Positions 53,310-61,617 of a DNA stretch of 64,000 nt are shown one piece after another (position 1 is the first letter of the stretch; every line of letters begins with the position of its first letter). The stretch is from Spartobacteria bacterium (GTDB lineage Bacteria; Verrucomicrobiota; Verrucomicrobiia; Chthoniobacterales; UBA10450). The stretch covers positions 122,488 through 186,487 of the forward strand of contig PMSN01000029.1 of the NCBI GenBank assembly GCA_003167555.1. The letters run 5' to 3'. The translations under genes were made by a program, and so were the position numbers. The notes under the pieces were generated by a model that saw only the letters and a program-made list of their open reading frames with translations, made no database searches and had not been told where the DNA came from.

Positions 53310-53700
53310 GGCCGGGTCCTGCGTCGCATCCAGAATGACCCTTTTGACCTCTCCTCGCGCAGTCTTCTACTTTCTACTTTCTACTTTCTTCCGGATCGGC
53401 ACCGGCGGCGAAGTCGGCGATTGGAGCGACCCCGCGCAATTCCTCGTGCACTGAGGTCGCTGTAGTGGCAGAGCCTGCCCTGAGCGAAGTCGAGCGGGTG
53501 CCGGTTGCAAAACGCAGTTACAACGGGCGGGAAGAAATTCCAGCCTAGTGGTTTTCCTTCGGGTACTCGTCACATGTTCGCCGAAGGACGAATCCGCCGT
53601 GGCGGGTTACTCGTCACTTTTTCGTGCTGAGATTCTAAGACTAACCCTTTTCCGCCTTGTAGCCGCGAAACTCCGTCAGTGAGGATACGCCATTCAGTCT

Positions 53701-54495
53701 CTACATATTCAAGTCTTTTTCACCATCAGCAGCATTGAAGTCTATGTTTGCCTTCAAGTCGGCCTGGCCGACGTGATCGCCGATCGCATTGAAGACTTCC
53801 AAGTGGCCACCGTACTGATGGAAATTGTCGACGCACATATAAAATGTCGTGCGGCGATCCAAGTAAACAACGCGTCCTTGGTTTCGATAGTTTGTACGAA
53901 AGAAACGCCCGCGATCCGCTAGAACGGTCTCGGTATCGCGGGGCGGACGCCCCCAAGCTGGGTCATATCGTGCTAAGCCAAGCTCTGGAAATTGCTGATA
54001 GCATTCATCGAGGTCCCCCTCCGTATTGACGCTCTTTACAATCACGGAAGTCTCCGGTTCTTTCAGCACGGCGGTTTGCCTATCTGGTCCAAACGCCGAC
54101 GGATGGAAGTTTACCAAGATTGCAAAACGCTCTCGCAGTGTGCGCTCGGCAACCTCAGCAACACTAGTGCCGGTCACATTTTGGTCGTGACAGACATAAG
54201 AACATTCAGAGTGAAGGCGTTCAAGGCGCCACTCCTTGCCTGCCAGCCGCTCACGCAGTAGGATTTTGAATTGAAGCCGCACCGACTTGTCGGTGATATG
54301 TTCCAGACACGAACTGAAGACTCTATTTGGTAGGCCAAGCGAGTAATAAAGTTGTCTGTCAAAGAATAATTCTTTTTCTACGGGAGCTTCTAACAATCGT
54401 AAAAGGATCCGATTCAAACGCGCCAGCGCGAGCGCAAAATCCGCAAGGTCAATGAACTGTGAATGCACCGAACGCTCATTGACGAAGGCTTCCAT
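53701..54495 (-). CDS. hypothetical protein (264 aa), third gene of the DUF262/AAA cluster
   Basis: ATG at 54495 directly abuts the stop of the AAA gene (TGAATG junction at 54493-54498). The region is AT-richer than the flanks. I recognise no family. Confidence 0.65.
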   Translation of the reverse strand: MEAFVNERSVHSQFIDLADFALALARLNRILLRLLEAPVEKELFFDRQLYYSLGLPNRVFSSCLEHITDKSVRLQFKILLRERLAGKEWRLERLHSECSYVCHDQNVTGTSVAEVAERTLRERFAILVNFHPSAFGPDRQTAVLKEPETSVIVKSVNTEGDLDECYQQFPELGLARYDPAWGRPPRDTETVLADRGRFFRTNYRNQGRVVYLDRRTTFYMCVDNFHQYGGHLEVFNAIGDHVGQADLKANIDFNAADGEKDLNM

Positions 54496-55683
54496 TCACT
54501 CCCGGAAAATATAGTCTAAGTCGGCTTCCATCTGATCGAAAAACCCGTGGGGCCAACCGGCAAGTTGACCCTTCGCGTCAATTGCGACCGGATCGATGGC
54601 ACTCCGCATCGCATTCGCTTCACCAGCTTCAGATCGAAAGAAGTAGATCTGAATCTCTTCGAAAGGCATTTTACCATCGCGAACCGCACGGCGAACGCCA
54701 TTCAGAACATGATCGCTGTGAGTCTCGACAACCAACTGAAGACCCGCAGCGGCAGCGACCGCAAGAAAGTGGCCAATCTGTGATTGGCCCGCTGGATGTA
54801 AGTGAGTTTCCGGATTCTCAATCAACAGTAGTCTGCCGGGCAATGCTGAGACACAAGCCGTAACGATCGGTAAGACGTGGGTTAGACCGAACCCAACATT
54901 CGACGGCCTAAAGAAATCGCCGCCTGGGGAGGTTCTTATACCCATTGATACGAGATTTGCCGCATCAACGCGGCGAATCTCCATTTGGAAGCCCGGAAAC
55001 ATCTGGGCCATCCACGCCTGCACTGTCAGACGTACAAATTCTGGAACACCAGGCAATGCCAGACTCGGATTTATGGAGGAGTCGGCAAATTGCTCTAAGC
55101 ACCAAGGAGTCTTCTCCCCTTGTGTACCTACTTCTGGATACACGAGTGGCGTTTGGGCTGCATAAACATCCCGTGGCCCAAGTCGCTCCGCGCCGATGTG
55201 AGCTATCGATCCCACTTTGAACTGGATTGCTTGAAAAAGATCGGGGTCGACTCTAGAAAGGACGTCCGGCATTAACCGTTGCAGCGCACTGCGCTTGGGA
55301 TCTTCAACGCTCCAATCAATTGTATGCCTACCACTGCGGAACTCGATTCGGGATATAGGAGCGACCAAATCTGTCGTCCGCTCTTTCGATCTTGTCTCCC
55401 ATAAAATGCGCCACTCCTTCGTAGCCAGATCTATGGCAAAGCCTTGTCCTCCCACACCCCGATCGATGACGTCAAACATCGTCCCAAGTGTCACGGAGGT
55501 CCCATTTAGCAAAAGCGATTGACTCCATTCACTCTCTTGTGCCGTCTGTCGCAAAACCGCCAAGCTCTGCACAACACTCGATTTACCTGCTGCGTTATGC
55601 CCCGTGAGTAGCGTCAGGCCACCCAGCTTGCGTCTGAAAGTGCCTAAGCACTTAAAGCTTTCGATGCCGAGCTCTGTGAACAT
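54496..55683 (-). CDS. AAA-type ATPase with C-terminal DUF3696-like region (ABC/OLD-like ATPase)
   Basis: Walker A is LLTGHNAAGKSS. Walker B plus the following His are LLLIENPETHLHP, then VVETHSDHVL. The C-terminal GWPHGFFDQ motif is as I recall for DUF3696. Confidence 0.8.
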   Translation of the reverse strand: MFTELGIESFKCLGTFRRKLGGLTLLTGHNAAGKSSVVQSLAVLRQTAQESEWSQSLLLNGTSVTLGTMFDVIDRGVGGQGFAIDLATKEWRILWETRSKERTTDLVAPISRIEFRSGRHTIDWSVEDPKRSALQRLMPDVLSRVDPDLFQAIQFKVGSIAHIGAERLGPRDVYAAQTPLVYPEVGTQGEKTPWCLEQFADSSINPSLALPGVPEFVRLTVQAWMAQMFPGFQMEIRRVDAANLVSMGIRTSPGGDFFRPSNVGFGLTHVLPIVTACVSALPGRLLLIENPETHLHPAGQSQIGHFLAVAAAAGLQLVVETHSDHVLNGVRRAVRDGKMPFEEIQIYFFRSEAGEANAMRSAIDPVAIDAKGQLAGWPHGFFDQMEADLDYIFRE

Positions 55684-57112
55684 CCGGAAGGAGCGATCCT
55701 AGGACTGATTCTGCGATGTCGAAACGCGCCCGAACCTTTTTTGTGGAATTAGTGCCATACGAAATTGCATCCATAAATACAGAGTCGTCCATCAGAGTGA
55801 AAAACGCAGTTTGGATTTCCGACGCTTTCGCCCGGACGACATCTTCTGGTGCGCAAGAGAGCAAAACCGAAAACACATCGAAAAGCGCAACGTTAATAAC
55901 GCTTCGCCGACCGCTGGGGCTTCGATGCTTTCGGAAAGCGTGAACTCCGAATACCGTGTAGTTATTTCTCATACTGATACGAAATCCCAGATCCAGTTCG
56001 GGTAACACATCAGCAGAACGGCGATTCATAATCTTCAGCACTTGCGCTAGGAAAGCGTCCATGTCGCCGCGAGAGTAAGAATCGGAACCCAATAAACGGA
56101 ATGCGCAGTAGCGGTTAACACATTCGCGGTCTCGCATGGTACGCCAGTCTAAGCTGCCTGCGGTAGCCGTAACGAATTCCTCTGACTCGACAGCTTGACG
56201 CAGCCAACGCGTTGCCTCGCCGCAATAAATAGAATTGCGCATTTGCTGTCGCGTCAATGGCACCCCGCCGTTAACGCGGTCAAAGATGTCCAGTTTAGCC
56301 TGCTCGGGGACCTTAGCATCGATCAGATAGAGGATCAGTTGCGTATCTTCAAGACGGTTCTGGAGCTTCGGCGGCAGTTGTGAGTAGCTCTTGCCATTCA
56401 GCTCAGCTGCGAGTTCTAAGTCTCGGAGCACGAATTCATCTTCTAGAAATCTCAGGAATGTCGTCAGACGCTGTAAACCATCCACAACGATGGTCTTCCC
56501 GTCCTCTCGTTCTGCGAGGTAGAAGACCGGCAATGGTATTCGCATCACCATTGACTCTATCAGCTTACTTTGCTTATCGAGATTCCAAATGAAATCTCGC
56601 TGGAAATCTGGGTCCATTATGAAGCGTTCATCCTTGATGCGACGTACAATCTCAAAGACTGTCCGTGTTTCCTGACGAATCAGTACACTGTCGAGAGGGT
56701 ACTCGCCGAACTGCTCAGGGGCGCTCTTATCAAGTCCTTCTATTCCGGATGCTGAATCAAACAGGTCGTCAAAAGCTTCGATGTTCGCGGCGCGAAGATC
56801 CGCTACGGATGTATATTCGGCTGCTTTCTCGGTTAGTTCCCAAACAGCTCGATCAACCGGACGGACGAGACCGAGACTCTTCAAATATGTGCGCGCCCAA
56901 GCAAGTCGATAGCTAAGTTTCGTTCGTGTGCCTTCGTGAATTTCAGACAGATCGGCCTCACTCAGATTCAATACTTGAGCGACCTCGCGTTCCTGCTCTT
57001 CGATAGATGCCGGTCGTCCAATGCGCTGCAAACCTCTGAGAAGCGCATCTATGAGGAGAGTTTCAGATGGAAGCGGCATATCGTAGCGAAGGTAATCTAT
57101 TGCGCTCCACAA
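55652..57112 (-). CDS. DUF262 (ParB-like/GmrSD N-terminal type) protein with Mrr_N-like winged-helix N-terminus
   Basis: The N-terminus (LLRGLQRIGRPASIEEQEREVAQVL...TKLSYRLAWARTYLKSLGLV) resembles the Mrr N-terminal wHTH. The DUF262 core is DPDFQRDFIW...LIESMVMRIPLPVFYL...IVVDGLQRLTTF (DGQQR-type motif). I saw no DUF1524/HNH motif at the C-terminus. It overlaps the AAA gene by 32 nt. Confidence 0.75.
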   Translation of the reverse strand: MWSAIDYLRYDMPLPSETLLIDALLRGLQRIGRPASIEEQEREVAQVLNLSEADLSEIHEGTRTKLSYRLAWARTYLKSLGLVRPVDRAVWELTEKAAEYTSVADLRAANIEAFDDLFDSASGIEGLDKSAPEQFGEYPLDSVLIRQETRTVFEIVRRIKDERFIMDPDFQRDFIWNLDKQSKLIESMVMRIPLPVFYLAEREDGKTIVVDGLQRLTTFLRFLEDEFVLRDLELAAELNGKSYSQLPPKLQNRLEDTQLILYLIDAKVPEQAKLDIFDRVNGGVPLTRQQMRNSIYCGEATRWLRQAVESEEFVTATAGSLDWRTMRDRECVNRYCAFRLLGSDSYSRGDMDAFLAQVLKIMNRRSADVLPELDLGFRISMRNNYTVFGVHAFRKHRSPSGRRSVINVALFDVFSVLLSCAPEDVVRAKASEIQTAFFTLMDDSVFMDAISYGTNSTKKVRARFDIAESVLGSLLPDVHRARHRKL

Positions 57113-57354
57113 TGAATATTTCCGGAACTAAAGCAAGACCCCAACTTTGATCGCTCGCAACGACGAATCCGTCTTTTGGGGAGCGCAGTGTGCAGGCAGG
57201 GTCAGTCTGTGATTCCCGGCAAGGCGGCAGGAATGTAGAAATTAGAAAGGAGGAAGCGTCGAAGTAAATGCGGAATGCGAAATACGCCGCGACGGGATCG
57301 GAGGTCGGCGGTCGAGGGGCAAACGCGCGCTGAGCTTATTTTCGCCGGCGGATT

Positions 57355-57576
57355 TCAGGCATCGCGTCGGGCGCCGTAGAAACCGCGGACAATTGTCTCG
57401 CGAACGCGAGAGGCTTCGGCGGGATCGGCGGCCTCCACTAGTCGCGAGGCCAGCGTGGACAACTCAGGACCGCTAAGCTTTCGTTCGGCATCAAGCTGAT
57501 AGATGAAACGCATGACGCCCGCCTGCTCTTCCGGGGTGAGGCTTTTGATCTCGTCGATGATCTGGGACGCGGTCAC
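57355..57576 (-). CDS. small hypothetical protein, possibly an addiction-module-component-like antitoxin
   Basis: 73 aa. The N-terminus IIDEIKSLTPEEQAGVMRFIYQL resembles the short putative addiction module component family. No partner toxin is evident. Confidence 0.3.
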   Translation of the reverse strand: MTASQIIDEIKSLTPEEQAGVMRFIYQLDAERKLSGPELSTLASRLVEAADPAEASRVRETIVRGFYGARRDA

Positions 57577-57713
57577 AACATGAAATTAATTCGCATCATC
57601 GAATTGAGCAAGCCTCGAGCACAATCGGAGGACCACCCTTCGCCAAGCCGCCTTTGCAAAAGCTACGGCGAGCCAGGGGCTACGGCGTGGCAGGCGGAGG
57701 CACACGGGGGCTG

Positions 57714-60452
57714 CTACGGCAGGAAGTAGACCTGGACTACGCCGGTCCCGGTAGTCTCCGGTTTGCCTCGCACTTGGGCGGTGTATTGCCCGGGCGGGAG
57801 CGTCGCGACAACGGCCGCTTCCAGGTCATTGGTCGGTTGCAGGCCGGTAGCCTCAATCTCGGCTTGCTGGCTGCCCCCATCGGAGGACCGGATTTTCCAA
57901 TCATCGTTCTCTACCACGAGGGCGCCGTTCCCGTCCCTTAACTGAAGCGTGGTGTCCGGCAGGGCGTTGGTGATTCCAAACGCAGCCAGGGAAGGTCCTA
58001 TCGCCCGGACCACGGCTCGGACCGATCCATTCTGGGTAATAAAGCCGGCGATCATGAGTTTATCGCCGGGTTGAATCAAACCTCTGGTCGCGACGTTGAC
58101 GAGCTTGGCGGAAGATGCCGCGCTGAGATCGTAGGCATCGACGACCCCGGTGCCAACGCTGTTCCCCGCCCCGCGCACAACCGCAGTGTAACTGCCCGGA
58201 GGAAGGTTCGCGATGATCGCGGACTCGAGGTCGTTGCCAGGTGCGACTCCGCTCGCGGCGATCTCCGCGGATTGATCGGCGGTGATGATGCCTCCTAGCT
58301 GCGTGGTTTTCCAATTGTCGTTGGTCGCCACGATGGCATTCCCGTTAGTCGCATCATGGATCTCCAGCGTCGGGTTGGGGAGCGCGTCAGTTATGCCAGA
58401 GGCGGCGAGCGATGGGCCAATCGCGCGCACGATGATTTTCTTGGTGGAGCCAGCCGGCCCTTGCACGATGAAGCCTTCGATGAGCACGTTATCACCCGTG
58501 CCGACTGGGAGGCGGGTAGCGACGTTGGCGACCAGGCCGGGCACCACTTGCACTTCAAAGGCTCCTATGTCGCTGCCGTCGCCGCCGGCAGCATTCGCAA
58601 CATTTGGATTGTCGTAGATGCGTGGGAAACCTGCGTCGCGTTGATCGGTAGCGGGCGTTCCGTTGGGAGTAACGCTGTTGCCGTGATCAATCGCCGGGCT
58701 GCCGGGGAGAAGCGCGATCGTCTGGGTGGGTCCGCCATTATTCTGCAACCCGTTTGGATCGAGTTTGGGGTCAAGCGGGGCATTGTTGTTCCCGACCAGG
58801 TCCATCGGGGCACTAAAGCCGGTGCTGCCATTGGTCTTACTAATTAAGTTGAAGCCCTGCGAAGCGTAAGTGCCATCGACATCCGGAGATTGGGCGGAAT
58901 TGTTCGCGATAAGGGTACTCTTGACGTTAACAGTGCTGCCATTAGTCGCGAAGACGCCACCGCCCAACCCGGCGGCGGTGGGACTGCCGCTTCCTCCCGT
59001 CGCAGAATTTAGCGCGATGGTCGTGCTAGTAACGGTATAGGTGCCGTTGCCGGCGAAGAAGATGCCGCCGCCGGAAGCCGCGCCGCCCACGTTTCCACTT
59101 AAGCCCCGCCCGCCTTGCACCGAATTCCCCGCAATGGTGCAGTTCACGGCAGTTAAAGAACCAGAGCTATACACCCCGCCGCCGAAAGCTCCGCCGGCGG
59201 TTCCATTCATGGCCTCACCGCCCCCGGCGGAATTACCGGATACCGTACTGCCGCTGATCGTTAACGGGGCCGTGTGGAAAATGCCGCCTCCAGAGCCGGA
59301 GCCAGCGCCAGATCCACCGAAAAGTCCCGAGACCATGTTACCGGTGATCGTGCAATTGGTGACCGTCATCGTCCCCGCTCCGTGATAGATTCCACCTCCT
59401 TTGCCATCGGATGTGCCGGTGCCCTGAACGAATGCTGTGTTGGCCGAGAAGATACAACCAGTGGCAGTGAAGGTTCCTGAAAAGTTGGCCGCGCCGCCTC
59501 CACTGCTGGCCGAGTTCGCGGTCAGTGTGCAGCCGGTAAGAGTAACTGTTCCACCGCCATGGTTCGTGATTCCGCCGCCGTCGGCCGCATTGGACACGAT
59601 GCCATTCGGAACCCCGCCCGCGACATTGTGGTCGAGCGTGCAGTTCGTCACGTTCACGGTGCCGGCGGCAAAATTGGCTACTCCGCCGCCTCCCTTGGTC
59701 CCAAGCGCGCCATTACTGCTGATGGTGCAGCCCGTAATAGTCACCACGCCGCTCGCTTGATTTAGAATGGCGCCTCCTGGCTCATCCCCAAAGTTATTGC
59801 CGGCCGAGTTACCGGCGATATTTTGAGAAAAGACGCAATTGCTGATGAAGACGTTCGCGCTTTGCACGTTGGCAATGGCCCCACCGCCGTTAATGGCCTG
59901 ATTGGAGGAGAAGGTGCAATTGGTAATGTTAATCGTAGCGGTATTGGCGTTTTGAATTCCAGCGCCAAAGCCGTTCTGGAGGAGCACTCCGCCACTTATG
60001 GTGATGTCGCTAAAGCTCACTGTGCCGGCCGTGGTCACGTTGAAGACACGAAAGGCGTTCGAATTGTTGGCATTCGCGTGGACAGTTAGCTTTCCGGCGC
60101 CGGGGCCCTGAACGCTGAGGTTGGTGCTCAGGTCGGGCAGCGCATTGTTAAGCGTGATCGTAAAGACGCCCGTGCTACTGTTGTAGCCGGGATCGGTCGT
60201 GGGGATATTGAAGAAGATCCCGTCATCGCCTGCGTGGCCATTCGCCGCCTCGATCGCCGCTCGCAGCGTGCAATGGCCCGTGCCGTCGTTGCATTGTGTG
60301 ACGGGACCCACGTTATGGCCGTCGCCCGTGCTATCGACCGTATAGGCAAGTCCACACGTGGGCGGACATGTCGCGAAGCTGCGCTCCGTAAGGCACTCGC
60401 CTAATAGAAATGAGACCAGCGCCACCCGAAGAAACAAGGCCCGGCTTCTCAT
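57714..60452 (-). CDS. secreted CSLREA-motif / beta-helix repeat protein with a divergent (subfamily 2) C-terminal tandem module
   Basis: Signal peptide MRSRALFLRVALVSFLLGECL. CTLRAAIEAANGHAGDDGIFF is followed by a long run of GGG/NCT beta-helix repeats. The modules VANVATRLPVGTGDNVLIEGFIVQG...NDNWKTT...GVVDAYDL and LVNVATRGLIQPGDKLMIAGFI...NDDWKIR...GVVQVYFLP-stop lie at about 57717-58533. Confidence 0.85.
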   Translation of the reverse strand: MRSRALFLRVALVSFLLGECLTERSFATCPPTCGLAYTVDSTGDGHNVGPVTQCNDGTGHCTLRAAIEAANGHAGDDGIFFNIPTTDPGYNSSTGVFTITLNNALPDLSTNLSVQGPGAGKLTVHANANNSNAFRVFNVTTAGTVSFSDITISGGVLLQNGFGAGIQNANTATINITNCTFSSNQAINGGGAIANVQSANVFISNCVFSQNIAGNSAGNNFGDEPGGAILNQASGVVTITGCTISSNGALGTKGGGGVANFAAGTVNVTNCTLDHNVAGGVPNGIVSNAADGGGITNHGGGTVTLTGCTLTANSASSGGGAANFSGTFTATGCIFSANTAFVQGTGTSDGKGGGIYHGAGTMTVTNCTITGNMVSGLFGGSGAGSGSGGGIFHTAPLTISGSTVSGNSAGGGEAMNGTAGGAFGGGVYSSGSLTAVNCTIAGNSVQGGRGLSGNVGGAASGGGIFFAGNGTYTVTSTTIALNSATGGSGSPTAAGLGGGVFATNGSTVNVKSTLIANNSAQSPDVDGTYASQGFNLISKTNGSTGFSAPMDLVGNNNAPLDPKLDPNGLQNNGGPTQTIALLPGSPAIDHGNSVTPNGTPATDQRDAGFPRIYDNPNVANAAGGDGSDIGAFEVQVVPGLVANVATRLPVGTGDNVLIEGFIVQGPAGSTKKIIVRAIGPSLAASGITDALPNPTLEIHDATNGNAIVATNDNWKTTQLGGIITADQSAEIAASGVAPGNDLESAIIANLPPGSYTAVVRGAGNSVGTGVVDAYDLSAASSAKLVNVATRGLIQPGDKLMIAGFITQNGSVRAVVRAIGPSLAAFGITNALPDTTLQLRDGNGALVVENDDWKIRSSDGGSQQAEIEATGLQPTNDLEAAVVATLPPGQYTAQVRGKPETTGTGVVQVYFLP

Positions 60453-60791
60453 CCCGCACCCACCCTGCCGGAAGACGCGAATGAAGTAAATCGCTTTCTC
60501 AAGTCAGAGGAGAAGTCGAGAAAGTAGAATAGCTGGCGCGAGCGCGGGAGCGCGAGTGATCAAAGGGGAATGGGGAATGGAGCCGGCGGGAGCCGAGCGA
60601 CATGGACGAAGCCCGCAGGGTGAGCGAGCGGTAGCGGTGCAGAGCCGGGGACGGCGAAGCGTCAATGCGAAATGCGGAGGCGGGAACTGAGAGAATCAAA
60701 AAAGCGGAATTCGAGGTCAGAGGACCCGCCTGCGCCAACCTCCTTCACTGAGTTACGGCGCGACAGGCGACTACGGCGTGGCAGGCAACGA

Positions 60792-61322
60792 CTACGGCGG
60801 CAGAAGCTCTGTTCGATACTTAGGCGCTAGTTCCTGGGCGTTCTTCATTAACTTCCCCTGCTCTTCCTGATCGAGCTCGGGCGGAGTGGAGCGTCGGGTG
60901 GGCACGGGGACGCCGACTTGCGCGAAGAATTCTTCCTGCCCGGCCGGCGCACAGATGCAGAGCAGACGGGCCGCGGCTCCGGAGGCGTTGGTGAAGGAAT
61001 GCGGCGCGTTCGCCGGGATGCTTACAGTCTGGCCGGCGTGCACGGTCGATTTTTCTCCGCGGAAGGTGGCTTCAATCTCGCCTTCCAGGACGGTGAAGGA
61101 TTCCTCGAAGTCGTGCCGATGCGGCGGTGGGCCGCCCCCGGGCGGAATGTGCATGTCGATCAGGCAATAACGGCCGCCGGTGTCGGCGGCCGATAGGAGG
61201 ATGGTGTAGGTGTCTCCGACGAGTCCGAGGTGCGGGAGGCTCTCGTCCGTATCGGGCCGCGCGATCTTGAGGCTGCGGGAAAGGTCATCGGCGGGAAGCG
61301 GCTTGATGGGATGTTCGTTCAT
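60792..61322 (-). CDS. cupin-domain protein
   Basis: GGGPPPHRHDFEESFTVLEGEIEATF.GEK..VHAGQTVSIPANAPHSF shows the two cupin_2 motifs. The ATG at 61322 is preferred over the GTG at 61340. Confidence 0.75.
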   Translation of the reverse strand: MNEHPIKPLPADDLSRSLKIARPDTDESLPHLGLVGDTYTILLSAADTGGRYCLIDMHIPPGGGPPPHRHDFEESFTVLEGEIEATFRGEKSTVHAGQTVSIPANAPHSFTNASGAAARLLCICAPAGQEEFFAQVGVPVPTRRSTPPELDQEEQGKLMKNAQELAPKYRTELLPP

Positions 61323-61617
61323 AATAGGAAAGTAGAACACGTGCGAGCGGGAGCCGCACGGGTAGACGGTAACGCAGCTCGGGTAGCTGGCGCGAGCACG
61401 GGAGCGAGCGAGTCAAAGTCTAAAGGGGAAAGAGCAGATCGGGCAGAGTCCTCGCTGCGCTCGCGAGAGTTAGAGATCCTTCCCATTCGGTTGCACTCAG
61501 GGCAGGCTCTTCGCTCAGGATGACAGGCTGGAGGACCCACCTACGCCAAGCCGCCTTTGCAAAAGCTACGGCGAGCCAGGGGCTACGGCGTGGCAGGCGG
61601 AGGCACACGGGGGGCTG

